From positions 1-51,683 of the forward strand of contig JACPID010000016.1 of assembly GCA_016188265.1 (NCBI GenBank): a DNA stretch of 51,683 nucleotides, in the 5' to 3' direction. Below are positions 36,229-47,046 of the stretch, one piece after another. The position numbers and the translations under genes were made by a program. A model generated the notes under the pieces. That model was not told the origin of the DNA and made no database searches. It was given only the letters and a program-made list of their open reading frames with translations. Position 1 is the stretch's first letter, and the number at the start of each line of letters is the position of its first letter. The DNA comes from Candidatus Woesearchaeota archaeon. GTDB taxonomy: Archaea > Nanobdellota > Nanobdellia > Woesearchaeales > ARS49.

Positions 36229-36691
36229 TTTTATAACCTCCATACTTTTCTACAATCCATTCTATTGTAGCACTTGCGAAAGCAGGCCCTAAACCTGTAC
36301 CATACTCACCAAATGCTCTGAAAAAGTTCATATCTATATAGTGTTTTTCATCTTTTTTGCCTTTAAATACTTGGTGAAAACATAAACAACCTGTAATTCC
36401 ATCTTCTAAAAGAGCATTTTCAGGAACTTTTAATTCTTCTAATAAGCCGTCTAAAAATCTTACAATATAATTAGTGCTAGAAGAAGATATAATTAATTCA
36501 TTAGCATTTTTATAATTTAAATATATTTTATTTCGAGTGAGATTTATATCTGCCACAATATTTCTTGCTTTTTTAAGACTCAACGTGTTAGAATGACTAT
36601 TACTTTTTTGTTTTTCTTTATTACGTTGCAAAACTCTACCATGCAACAAATTAGTAAGTTTTCTTTTTGATTGTGATATTGGTAAATTCAT
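36218..36691 (-). CDS. Hypothetical protein
   Basis: 157 aa with GGGGTTGA SD-like element and upstream TATA. Confidence 0.6.
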   Translation of the reverse strand: MNLPISQSKRKLTNLLHGRVLQRNKEKQKSNSHSNTLSLKKARNIVADINLTRNKIYLNYKNANELIISSSSTNYIVRFLDGLLEELKVPENALLEDGITGCLCFHQVFKGKKDEKHYIDMNFFRAFGEYGTGLGPAFASATIEWIVEKYGGYKNGI

Positions 36692-36864
36692 TTCAACCCC
36701 AAAAAACTATTCTTTTCTAATATAACATAACACTATTACTATTTAAAGCTTTTGTCATTAACTACTTAGTAGTAATCACGTAATTTTAACCAACACATTT
36801 ATAAATCATTTCTGATTTCTGTTGATATCTGCCCGTTATTTACTACCTTGTGTAGGAGGGATTT

Positions 36865-37518
36865 ATGGATAAAAAAGATATTCAGAAAGCATTAGAGGAT
36901 TTAAGGAAGAATTCTGTTAAAAGAAAGTTTTCTCAAAGTGTTGATCTTGTTATTAATCTTAAGGATATTGATGTTAAAAAAACTGATCAGCAAATAGATT
37001 TGTATGCTGTTATGCCTTATGATACTGGTAAAAAAGTTAAGGTTTGCGCATTTGTTGCTGCTGAACTTACTTCTCAAGCAAAAGATGTTTGCGATGTTGT
37101 TGTTACTAATGAAGATTTTGCAAAGTTTACTGATAAAAAGAAGCTCAAAAATTTGGCAAACCAGTGTGATTACTTTATTGCTCAAGCAACTATAATGCCT
37201 GAAGTAGCTAAAAGATTTGGTTCAGTTTTAGGCCCTCGCAAAAAAATGCCAAATCCTAAAGCTGGATGTGTTGTTCCTCCTAATGCTAATCTTAAGCCTT
37301 TAATTGAAAAACTGCAAAAAACAGTTCGTGTTGCTGCAAAAGTTGAGCCAGTAGTTAAAATTCGTGTTGGATCAGAAGCAATGGAAGATGTTAAACTAAC
37401 TGACAATATATTTACAGTTTACAATACAGTACTGCATGCAGTTCCAAATGAGCGGAATAATATTCAAAAAGTTTTAGTAAAATTTACAATGAGTAAACCT
37501 GTTGGTATAAAGATTTAA
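36865..37518 (+). CDS. rpl1: 50S ribosomal protein L1 (uL1)
   Basis: KRKFSQSVDLVINLK, FIAQATIMP, LGPRKKMPNP, KFTMSKP. Confidence 0.96.
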   Translation: MDKKDIQKALEDLRKNSVKRKFSQSVDLVINLKDIDVKKTDQQIDLYAVMPYDTGKKVKVCAFVAAELTSQAKDVCDVVVTNEDFAKFTDKKKLKNLANQCDYFIAQATIMPEVAKRFGSVLGPRKKMPNPKAGCVVPPNANLKPLIEKLQKTVRVAAKVEPVVKIRVGSEAMEDVKLTDNIFTVYNTVLHAVPNERNNIQKVLVKFTMSKPVGIKI

Positions 37519-37519
37519 A

Positions 37520-38389
37520 ATGACTAAAAAACCAAAAGCGCATATTGCTAAGGAAAAAAAAGAAACTTTGACAAGTTTGGTGAAGTATTTTAAAGACTGT
37601 CCTATTGTTGGTATTGCTAATTTTGAATCATTACCAGCTGCACAACTTCAAGTTATGCGTGGAAAATTCCGTGGTAAAGCTGAGTTTTTCATGACAAAAA
37701 AGAGAATTATAAAACTTGCTATTGAAGAAGCAAAAAAATCTAATCCTGATTTAGCAAAAATTAGTGAACATTTAGTTGGAATGCCTGCATTATTATTTAG
37801 TAAAGAAAATCCTTTTTCATTGTACAAGCTTATAAAAAAGAATAAAACCCCTGCGCCAGCAAAACCAGGTCAAAAAGCGCCAAAAGAAATTGTTGTTCGT
37901 GCAGGTCCAACACCTTTTGCACCTGGTCCTGTTATTAGTGAATTAAGCCAGCTCGGTATTAAATCAGGTGTTGAAGAAGGAAAAATTGTAATAAAAGAAG
38001 ACAAAATTGTAGCAAATGAAGGTGATGTTATAAGTTCAAATCTTGCAAGCATGTTATTGCGTTTAGGAATTCAGCCTATGGAAATAGGTATTAATATTGT
38101 TGCAGTCTACGAAAATGGATTGATATATTCTAAAAAAGTATTGGATATTGATGAAAAAGAATTTATGAACAAGATTACCTCTGCAATCAAATCTGCAGAA
38201 GGGCTTGCAGTTGAAGTTTGTTACCCAACTAAGCGCACAATCAAAAGCCTTGTTCAAAAAGCATTTCTTAACAGTAAAGCTATTGCTGTTAGTCAAGGAA
38301 TACTTGCAAAAGGAATTGTTGAAAACGTGCTTGCAAAAGCTCATGCTCAAATGCTATCAGTTAAAACATTAACAGAAGGCGGAGGTTGA
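37520..38389 (+). CDS. rpl10: 50S ribosomal protein L10 (P0/uL10)
   Basis: [41 protein letters not shown]. Confidence 0.95.
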   Translation: MTKKPKAHIAKEKKETLTSLVKYFKDCPIVGIANFESLPAAQLQVMRGKFRGKAEFFMTKKRIIKLAIEEAKKSNPDLAKISEHLVGMPALLFSKENPFSLYKLIKKNKTPAPAKPGQKAPKEIVVRAGPTPFAPGPVISELSQLGIKSGVEEGKIVIKEDKIVANEGDVISSNLASMLLRLGIQPMEIGINIVAVYENGLIYSKKVLDIDEKEFMNKITSAIKSAEGLAVEVCYPTKRTIKSLVQKAFLNSKAIAVSQGILAKGIVENVLAKAHAQMLSVKTLTEGGG

Positions 38390-38393
38390 AATA

Positions 38394-38708
38394 ATGGAAT
38401 ATGTATATGCTGCAATGTTGCTTCATGAAGCAGGAAAAGAAGTAAAAGAAGAAGGTGTTAAAAAAGTGCTTGAAGCTGCAGGAGTAAAAGTTGATGATGC
38501 ACGCGTAAAAGCGCTTGTTGCAAGCCTTGAAGGTGTTAACATCAAGGAAGCTATTGAAAAAGCATCTGCTGCTCAAGTGGTTGCTGCACCAGTTGCACCA
38601 TCTGCAGGAGCTGAAGCATCTAAAAAGGAAAATAAAAAGAAAATTGAAGAAGAAACTAAAAAATCTGAAGAAGCTGCAGCTGCAGGGCTTGGCGCATTAT
38701 TCGGATAA
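38394..38708 (+). CDS. rpl12: 50S ribosomal protein L12 (P1)
   Basis: [11 protein letters not shown]...[13 protein letters not shown]. Confidence 0.97.
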   Translation: MEYVYAAMLLHEAGKEVKEEGVKKVLEAAGVKVDDARVKALVASLEGVNIKEAIEKASAAQVVAAPVAPSAGAEASKKENKKKIEEETKKSEEAAAAGLGALFG

Positions 38709-38750
38709 TTTTTTTTTTATTTCTTCTTTTTCTTTTTTTTTAAACATAAA

Positions 38751-39623
38751 ATGACAACTAACAATACTGTTAAAAATACAGGTGAACCTAAACAATCTAT
38801 TAGAGAGTTACAATTTTCTTTAAATAAATTAGGAAATCAACGTAATGAATTAGTTAAAAAACTTGATTTCACTTCTAGTTTAATTAAGTCTTTGATTAAA
38901 GAAAATAAAAGTTTGCGCAATGAACGAGATGGTTTGACAAAAAATGTTAAGGAGCTGAAAGAAAAGAGAAAACAAGTACATGATAGCATAAAAGAGGTTC
39001 TTAAAGAAAGTGATAAATTTTCTCATGAAAAAAATCAAATTAAAACAAAATACCAAATTAAAGGGGATCCTTCTAACATCAAAAGCAATATAGATAGTTT
39101 GCAACAAAAATTTGAAACAGAAGTTTTTAGTTTTGAGAAAGAACAAAAATTAATGAAGCAAATACACGATCTTGAAAAACAGTATAAAGAAGCTCAAAAA
39201 ATAAGCAATATTTGGGAGCAATTACATAATGTTAGAATGTCTTTGGATGAATTAAGATATAAAGCAAACAGCGTTCATTCTGAAATTCAAAAAAAAGCAA
39301 AAGAAAGCCAGAAGAGGCATGAATTAATTGTTGAAAATAGTAAAAAAATTGAAGATTTGAAAAAAGATTTTGATTCCTGTATATTAAAATTAGAAGAAAC
39401 AGATATAGAAATTGATGCTGTTAGTAAAAAATTAGAGGGTGTTCTGGAATTATTTGCAGGTGAACAATTTAAGCGCAAAGAAAAACAAGCTAAACATAAT
39501 AATCAGAAAAGAGCGAGAGATGAATATACTCTTAAACAAAAAATTTTTGCTGTTAAAGAGAAAATAAAAAAAAAGGAAAAATTAACCACAGAAGACTTGC
39601 TTATTCTTCAAGCTGAGAATTAG
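38751..39623 (+). CDS. Conserved archaeal coiled-coil protein (COG1340-like)
   Basis: ERDGL...VKELKEKR, FETEVFSFEKEQKLMK.I..L, H..I...A.ESQ..HE, KLTTEDLLILQ. Confidence 0.75.
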   Translation: MTTNNTVKNTGEPKQSIRELQFSLNKLGNQRNELVKKLDFTSSLIKSLIKENKSLRNERDGLTKNVKELKEKRKQVHDSIKEVLKESDKFSHEKNQIKTKYQIKGDPSNIKSNIDSLQQKFETEVFSFEKEQKLMKQIHDLEKQYKEAQKISNIWEQLHNVRMSLDELRYKANSVHSEIQKKAKESQKRHELIVENSKKIEDLKKDFDSCILKLEETDIEIDAVSKKLEGVLELFAGEQFKRKEKQAKHNNQKRARDEYTLKQKIFAVKEKIKKKEKLTTEDLLILQAEN

Positions 39624-39624
39624 T

Positions 39625-42495
39625 TTAGGTTACCACAATTGCAGGTTTTCCTGGATTTGATTGTTTTGCTTTTGGCTCTTTTGATTCTTCGCATAGTTCA
39701 AGAATAACTGAAGTTCTGAATTCAGTTTCAATATCTTTTTTTACTGTTTCAATTGATTGAAGTTCTGTTTTTTGATCCAAGATTATAATTGGTATTTTTG
39801 AAGGATCTTTTAATAATGAAGGAAGCATTTTCATAATTTCATTTCCATATTTCTTTAAGTTAGTGCTCATTATTGATTTAATGATTGATCCTTGATCTCT
39901 GGTTTTTTCTAGAAGTTCTTTAAGCATTGCAAAGAAATGATATTTCCAATCAGCGCTTATGATTATTTTTATTGTTTTAGCATTTGGTATTTTTGCTAAA
40001 TTCATAACTGTTTTTATATCTATTATTAAATCATTGACTAAATTTTCTTGGTATTCTGCAACTGGGTTTATTTTTGAAACATCACTTTCAGGCCATTTTT
40101 CTAATGAAATGAATCCTTTTTTGCCTAATCTCGACCATATTTCTTCTGCATGATGGGGTATTAATGGTGTTAATAATTTCAGCCATTTTTCTAATAAATA
40201 ATTGTTTACTTTTTTTATTTCATTTTCATCAAGCTTCTTGCTTACTTGTTTATACTCTGTAAGCAATTCGTGCAATACAATAGTTGAATAAGTGCGCAAG
40301 TCCATTTGTGAAATTGCTTCTGTTGCTTTTTGTGTTTTTTTTTCAATTTTTGAAACAAATGCTTTTGCTTTTTCACCAACATCTCCTGGACTTTTGTTTT
40401 TGCTTAGGCCAATCAGCATATTATATAATAATTCAACATGTTTTTTCATGTGTTCAATTTCTGCAGTTTTCCAATCAAATGTACTTTCTACACTTGTTGA
40501 ATTGCACATGAAAGCTCTGAAGGAATCTGCTCCGAATTTGTTTTTAATATCAAGCAATGAAACAGTATTTCCTTTTGATTTGCTCATTTTTTCTCCTTCA
40601 CTAATAACCATTCCATGAAAGGTTATTTTTTTAGGCCATTTTTCTTTTGGAAAAATTGCAGCGTGTGCAAAAATCATGAAGCTCAAATGATTTGCTAAGT
40701 GTGCTGTAAATGTATGCCTGTGATCATTAGGATACCAGTAATCAAATTCTTCTCTTAGTTCTTTCAGTTGTTTTTCTGAAATCTTTGTTTTTTTAACTGC
40801 TTCTTTTAAGCCTCCTTCTGATAGGTACACATAATTAAAGAATTCATTGTTTAATTGTTCTTCTTTTAGTTTAAATTTTTTAATTTTATTTGCAATAGCG
40901 TATAATGACATGTAAATAGTGCTGTCTGATAACGATTCAATTACCCAGTTTTTATCAAAAGGTAGTTTAGTTCCCAACCCACGTCTTCTTGCACAAGGTC
41001 TTTTATCTAGCCATGCAAATACATCTTCAAATTGTTTTTTATACTTATTTGGAACAATTTCCATATTTTCTAAACAATTATGGGCTGTTTGTTTCCAATT
41101 TTTAGCATTAAAATCAATAAACCATTGATTATCTAATATTGCAACAATTATTTTTCCACTAGAACGATCTACTGCAGGTCGTGATGTTTCATAGAATATA
41201 TCTGCAATGCCTTTTTTTATTAAGTTTGTTTTAATCTCTTCTTTTGCTTGTTGAACACTCATTCCAGCATACTGTTTGCAATTATCCTGCATAATTCCTG
41301 TATGAAATCCTGCGCAATAGATTTCCTGCGTTGCCTCACTTAACTCTTTTTCTTGTGCAAGAGAACTTATTTTGTTTTTTTCACAAATTTCTTTTGCAGG
41401 ATGATCTCCATAACCTTTTGATTTTATAATTGGAATTAGTTTAATATTTTTAATTTCTCTATAATCTAAATTGTATTTTTTACAAAGAGCAGGACTGCTC
41501 TGCAATTCTTTCAGGCCTATGTAATCAAAAGGAGCATCGCTAGGCACTGATGTTACAAATCCAGTTGCAATATTAGGATTGGCTTTTTTAAATGGAAGGA
41601 TCAGAACTTTTTTTTCTACAACCGGCGCCAAACATTTTTTTCCAATTAAATCCTTGCCTGAAATGGTTTTTAATATTTTTACTTCTTTATCTTGATATTT
41701 TAATTTTTCTGCACATTCTCTGCTTATGATCCATTTTTCTTTGCCAATTTCTGCTTTTACATAATCTGCTTCAGGGTTTGCCCACATGTTTGTTTGGCCA
41801 TACATTGTTTCTGGGCGTAATGTTGCAGCAATAATGAAAGCATCATCAAACTTAAATTTTAATAAAGTAAATTCCTGCTTGTCAACTGGATAAATATCAC
41901 CATCTGCAATATCATCTTCTCCAACAGCATTCTTGTATTCTAATGAATACAGCACAGGATGTTTTCCTTGCACTAAATATCCTTTCTCTTTGTATTTTTT
42001 AAACTGCCATTCAACAAGTTTTTGATGTTCGAAATCTCCTGATGTAAATGATCTTCTCCAATCAACAGCAATGCCTAAACTTGAAAATTCATCTTTCATT
42101 TTAGGAATAAAAAAATCAACAATTTTTCGCGGATCTTCAAATGAAGCAACAATTTTTTCGGCTTTTTTAGAATCAGCAACATAATTTTTAACATAAGCTT
42201 TGTATAATTCTATTTTTTTTGTATCTTTATTTTTTATAGCTGTTGCAATGCCTAATACAGGCATTCCTGAAATATGAAAAGCAATAGGAAATAATACATT
42301 ATAATTATTCATTCTGTAATATCTTGAATAAACATCAGCTTCAGTTACAACACGTGCATGACCTATGTGTAAAGATCCTGAAATATAAGGATATGGAATA
42401 GTTATGAAAAACTTCTTTTTTTTCATGTCAGAATCAACTTCAAAAATCTTAGCTTCTTCACATTTTTTCTGCCATTTAGTTTCTAGAGTGGTCAT
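39625..42495 (-). CDS. leuS: Leucine--tRNA ligase (archaeal/eukaryotic type)
   Basis: PYPYISGSLHIGH, ATLRPET, VPSDAPFD editing domain, IESLSDST, KMSKS. Confidence 0.96.
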   Translation of the reverse strand: MTTLETKWQKKCEEAKIFEVDSDMKKKKFFITIPYPYISGSLHIGHARVVTEADVYSRYYRMNNYNVLFPIAFHISGMPVLGIATAIKNKDTKKIELYKAYVKNYVADSKKAEKIVASFEDPRKIVDFFIPKMKDEFSSLGIAVDWRRSFTSGDFEHQKLVEWQFKKYKEKGYLVQGKHPVLYSLEYKNAVGEDDIADGDIYPVDKQEFTLLKFKFDDAFIIAATLRPETMYGQTNMWANPEADYVKAEIGKEKWIISRECAEKLKYQDKEVKILKTISGKDLIGKKCLAPVVEKKVLILPFKKANPNIATGFVTSVPSDAPFDYIGLKELQSSPALCKKYNLDYREIKNIKLIPIIKSKGYGDHPAKEICEKNKISSLAQEKELSEATQEIYCAGFHTGIMQDNCKQYAGMSVQQAKEEIKTNLIKKGIADIFYETSRPAVDRSSGKIIVAILDNQWFIDFNAKNWKQTAHNCLENMEIVPNKYKKQFEDVFAWLDKRPCARRRGLGTKLPFDKNWVIESLSDSTIYMSLYAIANKIKKFKLKEEQLNNEFFNYVYLSEGGLKEAVKKTKISEKQLKELREEFDYWYPNDHRHTFTAHLANHLSFMIFAHAAIFPKEKWPKKITFHGMVISEGEKMSKSKGNTVSLLDIKNKFGADSFRAFMCNSTSVESTFDWKTAEIEHMKKHVELLYNMLIGLSKNKSPGDVGEKAKAFVSKIEKKTQKATEAISQMDLRTYSTIVLHELLTEYKQVSKKLDENEIKKVNNYLLEKWLKLLTPLIPHHAEEIWSRLGKKGFISLEKWPESDVSKINPVAEYQENLVNDLIIDIKTVMNLAKIPNAKTIKIIISADWKYHFFAMLKELLEKTRDQGSIIKSIMSTNLKKYGNEIMKMLPSLLKDPSKIPIIILDQKTELQSIETVKKDIETEFRTSVILELCEESKEPKAKQSNPGKPAIVVT

Positions 42496-42672
42496 TAAAG
42501 AATTAAAATATTGTCAGGTTTTTAAACTTAACTTCACTTGCAAAACTCTTCTAAATTCTCTTTTATTTCTTTAGCAAATTGTTTGTACTTTGTGTACATA
42601 CTTAAAAGTCGCCACATTTTTTTAATATAGTTTAAAAACATTTATAAATTGTTTAGAGTTCTTGATTTTTAC

Positions 42673-42811
42673 AGCGGGGTAGGGCAGCTAGGAGTGCCCG
42701 GTGAAACCTTTAATAAAGGTTCTGGATGGCTCATAGGGCCTAACTGTCTAAGACACCCACGTCGGAGCAATCCGAGGGCAAAGGTCGAAGGTTCAAATCC
42801 TTCCCCCGCTA
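42673..42811 (+). tRNA. Initiator tRNA-Met(CAT) with three introns (42704-42727, 42736-42754, 42761-42781)
   Basis: A1-U72 acceptor AGCGGGG/CCCCGCT. Removing three BHB-bounded inserts gives a 75-nt cloverleaf with GTGGG-CTCATAA-CCCAC, variable loop AGGTC and GAAGG-TTCAAAT-CCTTC. Confidence 0.9.
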
Positions 42812-42904
42812 TTTTTTTTTAATTGTCTTTGTTGTTTTCTTTTATATTCTTAATCACAGTTATCTTTTAATATTATAGTTTTGTTTCTGTTGTCAAGAGG
42901 GTTT

Positions 42905-43537
42905 ATGAATCTTGAATTATTGATTAGTGATTGGAGCGGTGTAATTAGTAGGGATATTGATACTGTTGTTTGGGCTAAGAATGAAGTTAGAAAGCTTTAT
43001 GGCGCTAAACCACTAACAAAAAAAGAGTTTTGTGATGGTTATGCTAATTTTGAAGTGGATTTAGTAGAGGACAAAGAATTACTTTGGAAACAGTATAAAG
43101 AATTTTTCAAAAAAGCTCCTATTCATCCAACAACTATTCCGGGTTCTGTTCAAGCAATTAAAAGCTTTCATGATAAAGGTGTTAAAGTGGTTGTATTTAG
43201 TTCTCATCCTCAAGAGTTTCTTGATCAAGAAGCTAAAGAGTATTGTGTTGATCAATATATTGACTTGTTGCAAGGATCTGTTAATCTTGATAAAAGCAAG
43301 GTTATCGAAGGTTTTGTTGATCAGTTTAAGTTTCCTAAAGAAAATATAATTTATGTTGGTGATACTACTGTTGATATTGAAGCTGCTAAAAAAGCAGGAG
43401 TTACTGCAGTAGCAGTAACTTCGGGCTATCATGGAGAAGAAATATATGGCGGTTATTATAAACTGGAAGAAGCAGTTCCTGATCTTGTTGTTAGTGATAT
43501 GGCAGATGTTTTTATGATTTACCGGTTTATGCTGTGA
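42905..43537 (+). CDS. HAD-superfamily hydrolase
   Basis: ISDWSGVI, FSSH, K, YVGDTTVDIEAAKKAG, VTSGY. Confidence 0.88.
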   Translation: MNLELLISDWSGVISRDIDTVVWAKNEVRKLYGAKPLTKKEFCDGYANFEVDLVEDKELLWKQYKEFFKKAPIHPTTIPGSVQAIKSFHDKGVKVVVFSSHPQEFLDQEAKEYCVDQYIDLLQGSVNLDKSKVIEGFVDQFKFPKENIIYVGDTTVDIEAAKKAGVTAVAVTSGYHGEEIYGGYYKLEEAVPDLVVSDMADVFMIYRFML

Positions 43538-43619
43538 CTAAATATTCACAAATGGCTGGTTCTATTTTGACATCTGAAGATTATATTTATCTGCAATAGA
43601 ATTAGATTAATTCTAAAAT

Positions 43620-43973
43620 TCATTCATAACTTTTTTTCCAAGAAGTATTGTTATGTAATGAATGTTCTATTTGTCTTCTTAAATCTTCAAATGATTTATG
43701 CATTGCTCTTGCAAGATCCCAGTCATGTGATTTGCATGACTCAAAGATTTTTGTTGGCGCAATACACCTTACATGTAATGAATATTTTTGTTTTTCACCT
43801 TCTTTCTTGTAATATTTAATGTGAATTACCATAGATGTTAAATTATTAAGCTCTCTTTTTAGCTTATCATAGTGTGCTGTTGCAAGAGAATTTACAAGTA
43901 CTTGTTGCGGAGCAGATAAATCTTTTAATCCTACAAATTGAATTATTTCATTTTCACTAATCTCTTTTGGCAT
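43620..43973 (-). CDS. Stand-alone HPF/RaiA-like domain protein
   Basis: 117 aa from MPKEI; beta-alpha-beta-beta-beta-alpha pattern IQFVGL...KLKR...IHIK...KYSLHVR...DWDLARAMHKSFEDLRRQI. Confidence 0.65.
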   Translation of the reverse strand: MPKEISENEIIQFVGLKDLSAPQQVLVNSLATAHYDKLKRELNNLTSMVIHIKYYKKEGEKQKYSLHVRCIAPTKIFESCKSHDWDLARAMHKSFEDLRRQIEHSLHNNTSWKKSYE

Positions 43974-43998
43974 GATAAAATTAGATAAATTAGAGTTT

Positions 43999-46635
43999 TT
44001 AAATATTATTGTGCGAGAGTTTAAAAAATATCTTTTTAATAATTTTACTAAGTTCTCCAAAAATAAACACAGTTGATGAGGCAAGTATGCAGTACCCCCA
44101 TTCAAGAAGGCTTAATGATGTTGTTGAAAATATTGTTTGCATAAATGGCAAATGTATTACTGCTATTTGTAGTAAAATAGAGCTTAATATTGCAAGTATA
44201 AGATTAGTATTTGAGAATATTCCTAATTTAAATAATGATTCATGTTCTGATCTTTGATTTAAAACATTCCATAACTGGAATAAAACAAGTGTTGTAAATG
44301 CCATTGTTTGCGCTTTTACATAATTATGTGGTTTATATAAATAAAATATTCCAAGTGTTCCAACCATCATAATTACTCCAATAAGAAACAGCATTAATCC
44401 TCTGTATTTGTTGATAATGTGCTCTCTTAATTTTCTGGGTTTTTTTCGCATAACTCCAGGTTCAGCAGGATCTATGCCTAGTGCTGTTGCTGGAAATAAA
44501 TCTGTTACTAGATTTATCCATAATATGTGTCTTGCAAGCAAAGGATCTTTCCAAGCTAAAAGTGTTGCTCCAAATAATGTGAGAACTTCTCCAATATTGC
44601 TTGATAATAGGTATTGTACAAATTTTTTTATATTGTCATAAATTATTCTTCCTTCTTTTACTGCTGATACAATAGTTGTGAAATTATCATCTGCAAGTAT
44701 CATATCGCTTGCTTCTTTTGCAACATCTGTGCCTGTTAATCCCATTGCAATTCCTATATCTGCTTTTTTCAGTGCAGGCGCATCATTTACACCATCACCA
44801 GTCATGGCAACTATATGTCCTTTTTTCTTCAGCGCTTCAATAATTTTTAATTTGTGTTCTGGATTTACACGAGCATAAACTCCTATGTTCTCAACTTCTT
44901 CTGAAAGATCTTTTATTTTATCAAGCTCTTCTCCAGTTATTGCTTTTCCAGGGATTTCCAGGTTTTGTGCAATTGCTTGAGCTGTATTAAGATGATCTCC
45001 AGTTATCATAACTACTTTTATGCCTGCTGTTTCGCATAATTTAAGGGATTCTTTTGCCTCTTTTCTAGGAGGATCAATCATTGCTTGCAATCCTACAAAA
45101 ATCATATTTTTTTCAACATTTTCTATTCTTTCATGCCTTAATTCATTAAATGCAAAACCTAACACTCTTAATGCGCTTTTTGTGAACAAGTTATTTGTTT
45201 CAAGAACTTTTCTTTTTTCTTGTCTTGTAAATCTTTCAATCTTTCCATTTATTAGAATTCTATCGCATAATTCTATTACAATTTCTGGAGCTCCTTTAGT
45301 ATAAGCAACTAATTTTTTGTTTATTTCATGAATAGTTGTCATTCTTTTTCGTTCGCTTGTAAATTCTATTTCACCAATTCTTGAGCATTTTTGCACTAAC
45401 ATTTCAGTGTCTATGCTTGCTTTTTTTGCAGAAACAATCAGCGCTGCTTCTGTTGGGTCGCCAATAACTTTCCAAACATTATTTTCTTTTGTTAACTTGG
45501 CATTATTATTGAGAACTCCTATTTCCAGCAATTGTTTTAATGAGCCTGTTTTTTTACTTACCATTCCTTCAGGCAAGTACCCTGCTCCTGTAATATCAAT
45601 AATATTTTTATCAACATACACTTTTTTTACAGTCATTTCATTATGTGTTAATGTTCCTGTTTTATCTGTGCATACCACGCTGCACGCACCTAAGGTTTCT
45701 ACACTAGGCAGTCTTCTAACTAATGATTTTTTTTTAGCCATTCTTAAAACACCTAGTGCTAATGCTATTGTTACAACTGCAGGCAGTCCTTCTGGAATTG
45801 CAGCAACAGCTAGTGCAACTGATTTGATAAACGTATTTTGTAATGTTTTTCCAAATAACAAGTCAAGGCCGATCATCACAATGGCTATTCCTAATACAAG
45901 CCAGGTGAGGAATACAGCAAAATATTTAAGATGTTTTTGTAAAGGTGTTAATTGTGTTTCTGTTGTTTTTATTAATTGAGCTATTTTTCCAATTTCTGTT
46001 TTTATCCCTGTTGCTGTTATAATTGCTTGTCCATGCCCTTTTGTCAAAATTGTTCCAGCAAAAAGCATATTTTTCTGGTCTGCTACTGGACAGTCTTCTT
46101 TTTCTACTGTTTCTAGTTTTTCAACAGACACACTTTCTCCTGTTAGTGCTGCTTGCTGTGCTTGTATGTTTATTGATAGTATTATTCTTGCATCTGCTGG
46201 GATTTTATCTCCAACTTCTACATGTATTAAGTCTCCTGGAACTAGTTCTTTTGCATCAATGATTTTTTCTGTTCCATCTCTGATTGCTTTTGTTTTTAGT
46301 GAAATAAATTTTTTTAGTGCTGCTATTGCTTGTTCTGCTTTGTATTCCTGCCAAAATCCAAAAACTGCATTTACAATTATTACTACTGCCATAACTCCAA
46401 AATTAATCCATTCTTTTAAGAAAAAAGTTATTATTGATGCTGCTATCAACACCCATACAACAGGGCTTTTGAATTGTTCAAGAAATATTTTGAAAGCGCT
46501 GATTTTAGTGTCATCTTCTATTATGTTAAATCCATATTTTTGCAATCGTTTTTGCGCTTCTTTTTCAGTTAAACCTTTATCTGAAGCAGATAAGTTTTCT
46601 AATACCTCTTTTACTGAAATGTTATGAAAGTTCAC
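43999..46635 (-). CDS. P-type cation (Ca2+, type IIA-like) ATPase
   Basis: LTGES, AIPEGLP, DKTGTLT, KGAPE, MITGD, GDGVNDAPAL; likely GTG start at 46635 (MNFHNIS). Confidence 0.95.
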   Translation of the reverse strand: MNFHNISVKEVLENLSASDKGLTEKEAQKRLQKYGFNIIEDDTKISAFKIFLEQFKSPVVWVLIAASIITFFLKEWINFGVMAVVIIVNAVFGFWQEYKAEQAIAALKKFISLKTKAIRDGTEKIIDAKELVPGDLIHVEVGDKIPADARIILSINIQAQQAALTGESVSVEKLETVEKEDCPVADQKNMLFAGTILTKGHGQAIITATGIKTEIGKIAQLIKTTETQLTPLQKHLKYFAVFLTWLVLGIAIVMIGLDLLFGKTLQNTFIKSVALAVAAIPEGLPAVVTIALALGVLRMAKKKSLVRRLPSVETLGACSVVCTDKTGTLTHNEMTVKKVYVDKNIIDITGAGYLPEGMVSKKTGSLKQLLEIGVLNNNAKLTKENNVWKVIGDPTEAALIVSAKKASIDTEMLVQKCSRIGEIEFTSERKRMTTIHEINKKLVAYTKGAPEIVIELCDRILINGKIERFTRQEKRKVLETNNLFTKSALRVLGFAFNELRHERIENVEKNMIFVGLQAMIDPPRKEAKESLKLCETAGIKVVMITGDHLNTAQAIAQNLEIPGKAITGEELDKIKDLSEEVENIGVYARVNPEHKLKIIEALKKKGHIVAMTGDGVNDAPALKKADIGIAMGLTGTDVAKEASDMILADDNFTTIVSAVKEGRIIYDNIKKFVQYLLSSNIGEVLTLFGATLLAWKDPLLARHILWINLVTDLFPATALGIDPAEPGVMRKKPRKLREHIINKYRGLMLFLIGVIMMVGTLGIFYLYKPHNYVKAQTMAFTTLVLFQLWNVLNQRSEHESLFKLGIFSNTNLILAILSSILLQIAVIHLPFMQTIFSTTSLSLLEWGYCILASSTVFIFGELSKIIKKIFFKLSHNNI

Positions 46636-46834
46636 AAATGTTGTAATGTTGAGAATGTATATAAAAGTTATTGCTAGTTCAGGGACTCTTGAAAATCCTT
46701 TTGGTGTTGTTAGAGTTATCGGGTTTTCGATGGGGGGGTTGCTCTTTCTTGTTATCATTGTTGTTTGAAGCTTTTAAGAATCACATTATCATTACAGGGG
46801 TTGAAGCTTTTTACAATGGGGTGAAACAAACACT

Positions 46835-47046
46835 ATGATGAGTGATGATGAAATCCGGAAGGCGGAAAAGAACGTTCTCACATATTTGAGCGAAGGCTTG
46901 TTAGCGAGAGATTCGGGCTATGCACTATACCTCAACAATCGGTTTTGAGCCGCGTGGTTTTCAACCAAACCGTGCGCAATCCTTTGACACAAAAGAAAGC
47001 GCAGGAAAGCCTATCTCGTGCAGATTCTACCGTTTCAAGCACGTAG
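46835..47046 (+). pseudogene. Possible internally deleted HEPN-like gene remnant
   Basis: GGGGTGA SD, then MMSDDEIRKAEKNVLTYLSEGLL...*, then in another frame ...QKKAQESLSRA...*; resembles, from memory, the termini of DPANN HEPN proteins. Confidence 0.35.

Noticed and set aside
44009..46627. Antisense ORFs over the P-type ATPase (and similar shadow ORFs over leuS, aglB, gpmI, rpl1/rpl10 and others)
   Set aside because: They lie opposite or out of frame within well-supported genes and have no motifs or independent signals.
46636..46758. ORF-track N-terminal extensions (ATPase; also rps3ae, vapC, HPF-like, HAD, 47354 and 50389 ORFs)
   Set aside because: The extensions cover TATA boxes or overlap neighbouring genes; downstream starts fit the family N-termini better.
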